Assembly: GCA_008632985.1 (NCBI GenBank)
Contig: QPGO01000004.1
Coordinates: forward strand, 186,001 to 250,000
Direction of reading: 5' to 3'
DNA from: Psammoneis japonica
Taxonomy: Eukaryota
Length of the DNA stretch: 64,000 nucleotides
In this document: positions 49,556-61,404 of the stretch, in pieces
Layout of the letters: each line of letters opens with the position of its first letter
Position numbering within the stretch: position 1 is the first letter of the stretch
Translations under genes and position numbers: made by a program
The notes under the pieces: generated by a model
The model's input: the letters and a program-made list of their open reading frames with translations, nothing else
What the model was told of the DNA's origin: nothing
Database searches by the model: none

Positions 49556-52500
49556 ATGGCCGATCAACCGCCGGCCAAACGCGCCAAAACGCAATCCACC
49601 GACGAACACCTCGCCAATCCCCTGTCCAAAACTTTCATCCCGAAACAGCGCATGTCCTGCACGCATGGACGAATCACCTTCTCTTCTTGTCCCCCCATCA
49701 CCGCCGAAATGGGCGATGCCGAACGATGCTCAGCATTCAACATCAATGAAAATGCCGTCAATGGCACGTCCGGACTCACTCATGCCAACCGTCTCACAAT
49801 CATGGGCAATCTAACGAACACCATCAGCCTCGTCGAAGTTAAAACCAACGAATTCAAGACAACGGGCAAATCCTGCCTCAAGCAACCGGCCAACCTGACA
49901 GTGCTGTCCCACCACAACGCAGCAGGCAACCTCATCCAAAATTGCCTTGACGACGAAGGGCAACTCAAGCCGATCCAAGACGGACCCGTGGCAAATTGCC
50001 GCCCCGACGGAATCATGTGCGCCAAAATCAGAGGCATCATCAACCTTACGTCCCTCAGCGAATCAGTCAGGAATCCCACAATCACATTCTTTATTCGTTT
50101 GCCTGTGGAGAACGCAAACGCAACCAACGCCGCCGGAAACCAAGTGAATCTGTTCACCTTTGGTGGCCCAAGCAACTGCATCACATTGGACAATCAAGCT
50201 CATCAGGATGTCATCCACAACAATGACGATGACGCCATCCAAGAGCCATTCGATCTCCAAGCACCTGATTTCACTGACCCCGACGAAGCAACTGTCTCCA
50301 CCGAAGCAAAAGGCATGAGGATTGACGCTCTCATCACCCAAGCAGGGTGCGAGACCATCCCAAATGACGTTTTTACGTCCATCGCGCCCACATTCGTGGA
50401 CGACCCATTCAAAATGCTCAGCCGAGTCCATCAAACCACTGCCCAGTCAGACGGGACAACCATCTCATCGACAGCACAAGAATGTCGCGACAATTGCAAT
50501 GTCGCACTCAGTGCCCTCCCCAATCACCCAGACTCCGAATGGCAGTCCAATCCTCTTCGCACATTCGTGGACAATCTCGATCCCCAGATTCGTCAAAAGA
50601 TGGAGTCGGACGGATTCCGACGTCATGTGGAAACGGTGTCACTCCGTTGTTCCAACCAAACGAACCTCATCCAGGAGGCGTTCTCAGCCGCCAAGAAAGC
50701 AGAATCAGCTCTTGCGGCGAATCGTCTCTTCATTCAAGGCGAACTCCATAAGACTCACGGCTTCGCTGCCGTTGTTCAGCAATCCCCGGCGTCCTCATCC
50801 CTTACATCCATGAATGCTCCCACTCAACAGCAAGCCACAGTCAATCACAGCGCAGCCGAAACTGCTCTCAATCGCTGCAAGACCGCAGGCAAAGGCTGTT
50901 GGGGCTGCGGATCAACCGATCATCTGCATTGTGAAGCCAAAACCAAAACCATCACTTGTCCCAGGGGTGCAGAACCAGAAATCCAGAAGAACGCAGAAAT
51001 CGTCCACAAGGACTTTGTTGAACGCATGAAAAAGCGCCGAAACGGAAACCGTCGCCGTGCCCAAGGACAATCCAACGCAGGCAATCTTCTACTGTCAGCC
51101 TTGCTTTCCCCTCAATCTCGGACCGGAGGGAACGATGAAATCACGAAGCTCATGCTCAGCTCCATCAAACAGTTGCCACTTGGAAAGGACAACGGTGAGG
51201 AGGAGAAGGAAAAAGAAGTGTTCACGTTCCACTCCTGCGTCCTCCAATCATCCACTCCGAGCAATCTACCGCAGCTGCCGATCCCGGTCAACAATGCGCT
51301 TCCCCACATCGTCCTCCAGCTGGGATCACCCGACGCTACATTCAACCCCGGCGTTCATGCCATCGTGGACAGCGCCGCTGCCCTAGTCTGTGGGAACAGC
51401 GACTGCTGGATGCCTGTCGCCAAGGCTTGTCCCGAGCTCGTCAAGAGCACCTGTCACGCGAAGGATCATCATTCGCCCATTGTCCTCTCCGGCGTCGTTC
51501 AGAAGGATGACAAAACGAAAGTTGACGCATCTACCAACCTTCCCGCAGTTCTAGAATTTTTCATGCCATGCATGACGAAGAACGGTCAGCCTACGTCACT
51601 GAAGATCGCAGTCGGGAAGAGCGTCTCAGTAAACTGCATCATCGGAATGAGCTTCATCTCGACAGCTCAACTCGTCATGGATTTCTCCAACAATGTCATC
51701 GAGTCCAAACTTCTGGAATGCGAACCATTTCCAGTCGAATGTCGCACCCCATCATGCTCGACACCGAAGATCATCCCTCGCACGGAACCGGTGTCCACAC
51801 CGAGCTTGATTTCGATCAAGCAACAACTTTCCGATGTTGACAGGTTCATCACGAACTGCTCATACGATGACAAACCTCGTGCAGAAATCCTCACCAACTC
51901 GACTTCATCACGAGTCAAGTTCAACCTCGGTCCATCAACGGCCACACTTTCTGGTCAGTGCTGTCCTGTGCCCAAACCTCTGTCGCATTCCATGATGTCG
52001 AATCAACACATCAAGCCAATCAGTTGCATCATGCAAATCACTAAAATTGCTTGCTCACTGTTGACGTTTCAAACACCATCTGCAGGTCATCAAGCACCTA
52101 CATCCCGCAAACGTCATCAAATCATCATCCCCAAACCTCCCCATCGAGCCAAGAAGCCAAATCTCTTCGAAGGACAGAACCCACCTGACGTCCAGAGTAA
52201 CTTCCAATTCCTTCATGAATCAAGAGTCGGAAAAGTCATCAGGAAGAATGCACGGCCGGCTAGGACCGACGACGACATCGATCAGAAATTTACATCTCGC
52301 GTTTACGAACACGACAGAGACTGTCAAGAGCTCCAGAAACTAAAATTCGATGACAACACACCAGAGCGAATCAAAACACGAGTCATCGAACTAGTCAAGG
52401 AATGCTGGTGCTGTTTCTGCCAAGAAAACGTCAAGATTCCAATCCAAGATTATGAGTGCGTTGTCGACACAGGGGATTCAAAACCAACCGTGGCCAAGAA

Positions 52501-55500
52501 CATCCGATGCGGTCTCCACGAAACCCCGATTGTGAACAAAGCCATCGACGCGCTCCTTGAAAACGGACAGATCGTCCCAGACACAAGCAGCGAATGGCTC
52601 TCTCGCATCGTTCTCGCTCCCAAACCTCATCAAGAAGACGTTACGGACATCAACGAGTTCGCACGGCGATTTTGCATCAGCTGCATCAACTTGAATCAAG
52701 TCACCAAAGTCGTCTCATGCTACATTCCACGCTGCAACGATGCCGTCGAGCATGGTTTTGGATCACCCAAATGCTTTTTCCTTTTGGACGCATGCAGTGG
52801 CTACCATCAGATCAAAATGGAAGAACTGTCCGCCGCTAAGACAGCCTTCGCCGCCCCTCAAGGCAGAAAATGTCGACACACAGTCATGCCCTTTGGAGCA
52901 GTCAACGGACCCACCACATGCGTCATCATGGCCTACGACCTCAAGGACAACTGGGACCATGAAGCAAAACAGATGGGCATCAAACTAGACGACAGCAACG
53001 GGTCAACCATCATCATAGATGACAACTTCGGATTCACAGAGAGCTGCGAAATCGGCCTCAAATGTGTCGAGGCAATTCTTCGCGTCGCTCGTCGTTGCAA
53101 CCTCTCATGGAAGCTATCCAAATGCTTGTTCTTCCCGGACTCAGTGGAATTCGTAGGGCATGACTTAACGCGCCAAGGTAATCTGCCAGCAGACTCGAAA
53201 AGCGGACTCCTAAAACGATGGAAACGACCAACGACTGTCCGCGACGCATCCAGTTTTGTCGGTTTTGGGAACTTCTGTCAAAGATGTGTTCCCTGCTTTT
53301 CGGACAGAGTCGAACACATGCGCAACCTTGTCAAAGACAACGAATTCGATCATAAGATGCTACCGTCCGAATGGACAAAAGAACTCGACGACGAATTCGA
53401 GGACATCAAATCCGCCATCCTCTCTAAACCCCCATTGCGTCGCATCGACCGCAACAAACGGCCGCACCTCCGCACCGATTTCTCAGGAAAGGGCATGGGC
53501 CATGCACTTCTCCAGCCCGGAGACGACAAAGAATCCCTCGCAGCCATGGAACGGGAAGATGCAGGAGGCAAATGCGAATTCGACATCACGTTGAGCGGTC
53601 TCCGACTACTTCCATGCACTTTCGGATCTAGATTGTGCAAAGGCATCGAACGCTGTCTTCACTCCTGCATGGGAGAGGGTGCAGCCCTTCGCTGGGCGAT
53701 CCACAAAAACTCTCACACAGTGCACGGCCGTCCATTTACGAACATCGGCGACTGCTTCGGTCTCCGATGGATCATGTTTTATGACGGATGCAACCCAGCA
53801 ATCACACGCCTCCAAATGGAGCTCGTTTCATGGTGGTTCACAATCGTCCACCGCCCCAATCGCATGGTTGTCGACGCCGACTACTTTTCCAGATGAGGAC
53901 AGGAAATTGACCTGGACCCACCACTCACAAAATGCATGACCATCGCTCAACAACAGCTCACGTCGAATCCTCCGGCAGCCACCGGAGAAGAAATGCAAGC
54001 TGAGAACATGCCAGGCTGTCGACGAAACACCAAAGCTTTGGCTAATGTTTTGACAGCCATCAAGCCCTGCACTGTCAAGAAAGGCGAAATCGAAGACTCT
54101 GTCATGCTCGAAAACATGCCAATCCTTTTCGGAGTTTCGAATGACGTGACACCAAAGTCTATGATCCAATGCAGTGGAGCAACGCATGCATCGTTTCAAT
54201 TGCTCACATGCTGCTGGGCCATGTGCGGATTCTCCTCGGGACACTTCTTCTCATCTTGTGAGGAACATCAATTTCCGCTCACAGTTGTGGTCGCCGCCGA
54301 TTGCGACATGCTAGGACGCAACCTCATGCAAGAGATCGGCAAGGTTCCAACCATCTTGTCGTCAGCGAACCATCTCTTGAACCATGTCAAGCGAAATGTT
54401 GTACAGGACCTTGAAGGGTGCTGCATCACGTCACCGCATCTGCCGGACGCATCATCACAACTGGCGTTTGCAAGAACGCAAGCTGCCATCATAGCGGAAA
54501 TGCGGAATCGATGCCAACTCAAGTGCTTTGCACTCCAAACAACGCCATTTTTTAAACGAACCATCCCATCGCAATTCAAGAAATCGTGTGCAATGGATGG
54601 GTGGCATGTCGAAGAAGACGAGATCCGATTTGCTGAAATGGGTGACGCGATCGACGACTCAGCGACATTTCTGTTCGGCTTCCACATCGGTGTCACAGGA
54701 CAGAAAGTTTCAGTTCAAATCGTCCGGCCACCCCCGACCCGTTCGTCCATCTCACAATTTATCCACAAACCCTTCAACTCCAAGAGCTGCGCGATCACCG
54801 CTCTGCCCGACACTGCAACCGATGAAGCCGAGGATGACAGATTTATGCTTGAAAAAGTGGTGCCTGCTCAACCACCAAAGCAGTCGGACGCACTCATCGT
54901 CAGTCATCTGATCGAAAGAGGACCCAGACCAGCGAATCTGTGCGGCACAGCAACACACGACGTGGATCACCCCGCTCCCCCCATCGGTCACTACAACTCC
55001 AACCCCTTCAGTCAAGTCTTTGGAATGTTTTTCCAAGATGAAGACTCTGAGACAAGAATCCGCTGCATTTCAGCGTGCGAATGCATGTCGTGTTGGGGGC
55101 TGGAAAGAAATCTCATGCACAGGATGTGCACGGACCCCCGCCAATTGAACCTGCTCACAAACGGAGTCCCAGGCAAGACAAGCCACGCTGTGCTGCAAAC
55201 CATGCACGACAAACTCACAGATGTCAGACCATCATCCACGGAACTCATTGATGCGTCACAGCAAACGGCTCCTGCAGCAACCGCTCAAGCATTTCTAAAT
55301 GGTTCCACAACGACCCGACTGCCCAATCGAGAAACCTGGATCCAAGAGCACTCACGTGACCAAGAAACAAACCTCATGATCAGAATGATCAACAACCCCG
55401 CCTTGATCAACAAAGAGCAATTGCAAAACATCCACTGCTGCTGTCGACAACTGATGCGAGCAGGCAACATCCGAATCGAGGACGAAATGCTCGTCATCCG

Positions 55501-57712
55501 TGAATCGGTCGATTCAATCGGCAATTTCGCCAAACCACGCATCGTCCCATCATCTCTTCGCAACATCATCTTCATTGCTTTTCACACGAATCCCATTGGA
55601 AGCCACTTTAGCGTGTGCTGCACCTTTCACAGGATCCGACTTCACTTTTTCTGGCCGACCATGTACAAGCACGTCGCCGACCTCATCAGCAAATGCCCGG
55701 GATGCACCCTCGCGAATGCTCGATGCAGACAAAAATCGGAACTAGTGTGCTCTTTCCCCGTCGATGAGCCATTCAAGCTGATGCACGTGGACGCATGCAT
55801 GGTCAGACGTCATCAAGGTTTCCAAGGTGAAAAATGCCACATGAACGTCGTTGACGGCATGAGCACTTTTGCAGCATCAGAGGAAATCTGCGGCGAAGTC
55901 AACGCCGAATCATTCAGCAAAGCCATCATGAAGATTCTCCTCAACCATGGACTATGTCATGCAATCGTGATCGACAAAGACTCGAAATTCCGTGGAGTGT
56001 TCATCCAAGCCATCAACCTGCTCGGACTCAACTTGCATCAAGCATCCGGAGGAAACCACGACCCTGTCCTCACAGAACGACATCACGCTTTCTTGAACAA
56101 ATCTTTGCGCATTTTTTGCAATGAACGCGACTCCGTCCGGACAGCCACAGAAGGCATTCAATTGTCGGCCCATGCATGGAACTCAGCCCCAGTCGCAGGT
56201 GCAGATGTCAGCCGATCTCTCGTCGCCATCGGCCGTGAGTGCCGATTTCCCATCGATTGCACGGACTCCAGTCATGTCAACCTGCGGCCAACAACAACAT
56301 CAGTCGAGAATTACGCCGAACATCTACGCCGTTTACTTCCCAAGTGCCAGGAAGTTTTTCGAGTGCTCATCCAAGAGCACAGAGCAATGCACCGCGAATG
56401 TGTCAACAGCAACTGACCAGAACCTTTGGTTTGCTCTGTCGGAGACTTCGTTTTCATTCGAAGAGCGGCAAAATCTGATGCTCAACGCAGCCGAGTTGAC
56501 AAGATCATGCATCGCCATGCAGGCCCATGGAAAATAACTGAGAAGCCACCAGGAGCTTCCTGCCGAATCCGTCACTGCAAGACCAACGCAGAAGACAAAA
56601 AGCATGCTTCGCACATGACCCCATGTCCCACTGAACTAATTCCATTTCCACCTCTCACAGGACCTGACAACGCACACGGACAAATCAATCGACAAATCAA
56701 GAAGCATCCATTTTCGGAGGCTGGCATTGACTCCTGCACGCCACTCCAACCCTGGAGCGTTCAACGCGACAATGAAACGCAAACATCTCAGTCACTGCTG
56801 TCAACAGCCAACATGGCATGTGTCGAATCTGCTGTGCATTTTCCCACACTCGCTGAACTCAACGATGAACTCGACGGGGTGCACACCGAAGACGGATTCT
56901 TGCCAGCGACGATGGATCATCTTAAACCCTCATCGAACGAAGTGTTCATCGAGGCACTCGAAGGCAGCATGTCGAGCACAAATGACAGTGCGGACTCGAC
57001 TGGCCCCCAGTCCAACATCGGAGCGCCCACAGCACAGCAAAACCACAAACAATCACACTCGGTGCCGAATCTCAATCAGCTCATGGCCCGCATCATCCAA
57101 AGCGACCACAAGTTGTTCTTCATGTCGTGTCGAGCACCAGGCACAACTCGCACCGAATGGAATCTTGTTCAAGTTAACCTTGAGCGAACTGTGGCGGAGA
57201 ATCCCAACGCTTTCTCCGACGGCAAAATCTGCATCGACTTCTACGCACGGCATCCGCATGATGCGCAATTCAATGCCCCAAACCAGCGACATTGGAAGGA
57301 ATGTCACGAGCTAAATGGACGACACGTTCTCCACAATGACTTTCATCTGCTCAAACCTTCCCCGAATGAAACCAGTTGTGCACGTGACAAACGATTGATC
57401 GTTTTCTCCCAATGGGTGCACATCCATCACCCAGACGTATTTCTTCATGGACCGTTCAATTTTGCAATGATCAACGGACGCCAAACACGCGATCGCATGT
57501 CAGCTCACGACTGGAAAACATTGTCATCGTCATCCGAACACTGCGACAATGAGTCACCAAGCCCCAACCTCTCCCATCCATCGCACTCATGTCACGTGAA
57601 TGCACAGTTTCATGCTGTCCATCAAGACCCTGCCATCGAAGCCCGGCTGTCTGCTCTCCTCACATGCGAGCACACGTGTGACAATTGGTCCCAACTGCTG
57701 ATCAACGTTTAA
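49556..57712 (+). pseudogene. Gag-Pol polyprotein in one continuous frame, interrupted by two TGA stops (53894-53896, 56414-56416)
   Basis: Zn knuckle CWGCGSTDH; protease IVDSAA; RT LDACSGYHQI..MPFG..NGP..IIIDD; RNase H TDFS..GE..DC..DADYFSR; integrase H..H..CPGC, HVD..IDKDSKF..TER. The three listed ORFs are all in the same frame. Confidence 0.92.
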
Positions 57713-57956
57713 CGGCAATCCCTGCCGCACTACACTCAAACCATTCCAAAATGGAATTGGCGCCAAAATCAATCTCAGGCTCAAAACGAACCACCCCCTT
57801 CTTTTTCTTTTTCTTTTTCCAATCGGGTTTTTGCATTCAAGCCTTTTTCCCGAATCATCACTCATCTCCCATCACAATCCTCGTGGTTCCACGTTCCGCT
57901 TTCATCCTCATCTTGTCAGAAGCTCAAGATTGGCCTCTGCCATCTTTTTTGGGTGG

Positions 57957-58142
57957 CTTAAAAGCGGAGCTTGTTCAAGCCGACGTCATCCAACGGTCGG
58001 CACGGAAAACCGTCAGCCGTTGGCACATGAGTCACCAATCGCTGACGGTTTCCCTGTCTCTCGCCACATTTTTCCTTCCACCACGAGAGAGCAGCTCATG
58101 ATCTAGACGATCACTCGCTTTTCACGCCGTTCCACTTTTAAG
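57957..58142 (+). repeat. 3' LTR
   Basis: Direct repeat of 49321-49506, ending CTTTTAAG and followed by AATT. Confidence 0.95.
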
Positions 58143-58977
58143 AATTGATGAAAAAGATAAAATGCCGTTGAAACAACACACAGAGAGAATTAAAGCAAAC
58201 TGCTGGGGCCCAGTGTTTTTGGATGTTTTCGATGACTTTGAAACTGTGGAACACTTGGGGGTCGCGATTTGGAGTTTTTGACCCCCAGACCTATTTTAAT
58301 GCACGCCCACATGTCTGTAGAATGCATTAAAATACCAACGGTCCAAATCAGGTCGTGTTCCACAATTTCGGTTGCTCGCCAATCAAAGAAATGAGGCACA
58401 ACATTAATTATTTTAATAATTATATATATTTCAATGATCACACCCAAAACTCATACCTCATCTTCCGAAAAAACCGCCAGAGCTTACCCCCCCATTCCCC
58501 CCCCACGGAATGAGCAGACTCTCAGCTTTCCATCGATGTATCGCATGTGGGGTAACTGTGCGTACAAAATTTCAACTCATCATAAATACTCAAGTGCACG
58601 GTATGCGTTGTGATGACAACATGGAAATACAGTGCTTGTAGGTCGTGGGTCAGCGTGGGTCAGTGACCAAGCTACGGACAGATCCCGTGAGATTATACTG
58701 CAGTATAAAAGCTACACATGTGTTATGTAGGATTCTCTAGGAACGTTCATCGCGCGACTATGAAGCCTTTTACTTCAAGGTTTGTCTTTTAAATAAAATG
58801 GAGGTAGCAGCTGGTACAATTCATTACGTACCAAGGGCTCAGGCGCCTCATTCAGCAGCAGCACCGCGAGAACAACATCAGCATTACTACTACTGATTTA
58901 CTCGTTGGGATAGGTTGTACATCGGCAAAAGAGAAGAGTAAGTAATGTGCACGATAGATTATGTATGTAAAGTATAT

Positions 58978-59015
58978 CATATTTATCACCTGTCATCATA
59001 TTTATCACCTGTCAT
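58978..59015. repeat. Perfect 19-bp tandem repeat x2
   Basis: catatttatcacctgtcat occurs twice, just past the stop codon of the recombinase gene. Confidence 0.8.
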
Positions 59016-59020
59016 ACTCA

Positions 59021-61092
59021 CTACATGTGCAGTTTCCTAATCCCCAGACGATCCGGTACAGTACAGGGTTCATTGGCTTTTCCCTTGCAAGGGAACTTGG
59101 TGTGTTGGAGTGTTGGCCACTTGCGGCAGAACCGTTCCGCGTTGGAGTTACAGTGGTTTTGGAAGCAACCAACGATTGGTGGAGCCTGCTGCTGGATGAA
59201 TTTTCGGGCTCCCTCTGTCACTGATGGCTGGCCTTGCTCATGGTACTGCTCCCAAATCTTGACAACAACACCCAGCTTTTCTGCCGTCTCCGTTTTTCTC
59301 TTCTTCAGCTTGTGACGGTCTTCAAGGTCATTCCCATCCGATCCTCTCTTTTTTTTGTTCGACGATTTTGATTTGACAAGCAAACTCTCACCCGCAGCAA
59401 CACCACCAGTGAGTACACTAGCAGCTGTAGGTGCAACAATGTACTCGCTCACACTTGCAATTTCGTTGAGTTTCATTTTCCAGGCTTGTCGTACTTGAGA
59501 GGCTTGTTCGATCGGTAGTTTCGAGAGAACATCTTCCAGCGTAGCATTGGAGTCTCCCGCCCTGCGCCACTTCATTGCTTGATCAACCAAAAAAGTAATA
59601 TCCATTGCGCCCGGATGATTTGGAGGGATCATTAACTTTCGAAAAATAAAATCATAGGTGAGTTGTCCGATCGGTTTTTGGAATGGAACTGCAGGGGCAT
59701 TTATCTGACTCAAGTTGCCTTCGCTTTCTCGTAGGACACACTTCCACTTGGAAGGGACGTACTCCATAGGATCGTCATGAATAGCACCGATATCCTTTAG
59801 CGATAACGCGTCCATACGATATTTTTCGGCGTGCTTCAGGGTCTTGTAGCCCATACGCAGAAAAGGTAAGCCGTCTTGCGAAAGCTGTGTGTTCCAAGCT
59901 TGACGTTGGGGTTGTTCAATACTGTGCGAAACATTTTCTGGAGAGTGTCCATCACTTTCCAATATTCTATCTTGGTTTTGCTCACCCCATCCTCTGGCAT
60001 GTTTGCCAGCTCTTTTTCACTTGGAAACAGGTGTCCACCCTTTATGCCGCTCACATGGAGATAAATCCACAAATGACGAAGTGGGCAAAATTCAGGAAAC
60101 TCTTCCTCCTCCCACAATGTAAGTCGAACTGGATGTGGATCAGACTTTCCTTGAATTTCAGCAACTAACCCATGCACGCCCGTTGCTGTCACGACGGTCA
60201 GGGTGGTGAGGAAATCGGATATCTCTATGTCACTGAACTCATCTTGACGGAGGAAGAGGCGGATAGCAATGAGCATTATCACGAATAACTGGAGGCCTTG
60301 TGTCGTGTTGCTTGAGAGGAGGTGGTTTCGGAGCAGGCGTGTGTCCTTAGGTAAGAATTGTTCGCAACCATGGCTCTTGTACTTCGCCCCGTCCTTCTTA
60401 TTTTGTATGCGATAATTGTTCCACACCTCAGAGAATACGGGACTTCCTTTGCGGCGGAGCTTCGGATGGCCCGAATGTGCATCGCAGCCCTTGAATCGGT
60501 CCTCTGGTGGAAGACGAATACAGTCAGCGCAATGATTCTGGAGTTTGCCGCACTGATCGTGAATCTCGTGGAGCGTATTTACTGCGGTGCGCAAGCCGGC
60601 GACACAATCTGGATCCTTCCACTCACCCGTACATTCGATGGGAGTACCGTGCACATCTTTCACAATCTCATCATTGTCTCCACGTAAAAGAACGCCTTTC
60701 TCGTTACGCTTGTACTTGCAGAAAAGCACGATACTCTTTGGGTCCATTGAAACGCAGTTTTTTGGTGCATGCTCGTGCAGCATCAACAAAGAATCGTAGT
60801 CGCCAATAAGAATAAGGAAACGGCCAAGATTGCCTAGTATTCCATTGTACTTTTGCTTGCTCTTCTTTTCGTAGCACCTGGTGCCAAGCCATTTTTCAGC
60901 CTTCTCGTTGGACATCGTCAGTCCCATCTTTTCAGCCGCCTCGACTGTCTTTTCCTTTGCCATTGCCATGGCAGTAGCACTAGGAAGCGGCATTCCATGC
61001 TTGATTTTGAAACGACTGTTGTCATTGTCAGCATAAGTGCGATCAAAGCAACGGTTGCTGTGTGAGAAGGGGACCAGAACTCGTGTTGCCAT
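59021..61092 (-). mobile_element. Crypton-like tyrosine recombinase gene, frameshifted at ~59850
   Basis: LFLRQDE (catalytic R), QGKSD (K), FCPLRHL..GGHLFP and LGTHSFRKTAY (HxxR). In the next frame, KT..AEKYRMDA (Y). C-terminal C..NHC..F..W motif. No RT associated. Confidence 0.8.
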
Positions 61093-61404
61093 GGTGATTC
61101 TGGGCTTTTGTTTCGACTCGTTGTGCTCTCGAGGAAACTTTGTTTGCTTTTTCACACATTTCAAACCTTGGTCGATGGCGCAATTCGGCTGGAGTTTACA
61201 TGAACTTGTTAAATAAAAGTTATGATTATTTTCAGTTATGCACTTAAAACATTAGTTTCCCACAAGTGGGTCAGTTTGGGGCAAGAAGGATTGCTTGACA
61301 ACGGCCATTTCAAACTCGTGGATGGGTTGGGTCAGTTGCGGGGCAGGCGCCATGTATTTGACCGGGGAGGATCCTGTGTTCCCCTTGTTGTTACGGTCTA
61401 CAGT

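Larger units (their letters stand above)
49321..58142 (+). mobile_element. Full-length Ty3/Gypsy LTR retrotransposon, TpA-hypermutated; AATT target-site duplication
   Basis: 186-bp LTRs at 49321-49506 and 57957-58142. AATT at 49317-49320 and 58143-58146. PBS at 49507 and T-run/GGGTGG PPT before the 3' LTR. Domain order Gag-PR-RT-RH-INT. Confidence 0.96.

Noticed and set aside
49556..57712. Alternative genetic code (TGA readthrough, or TGY/CAY = Tyr)
   Set aside because: Host genes use standard Tyr codons and TGA stops, and the TA loss also affects the non-coding LTRs.
49321..58142. Fungal-type RIP or APOBEC editing
   Set aside because: Those are C-to-T/G-to-A processes, and RIP raises TpA. 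Here TpA is lost and conserved motifs show Tyr->Cys/His.
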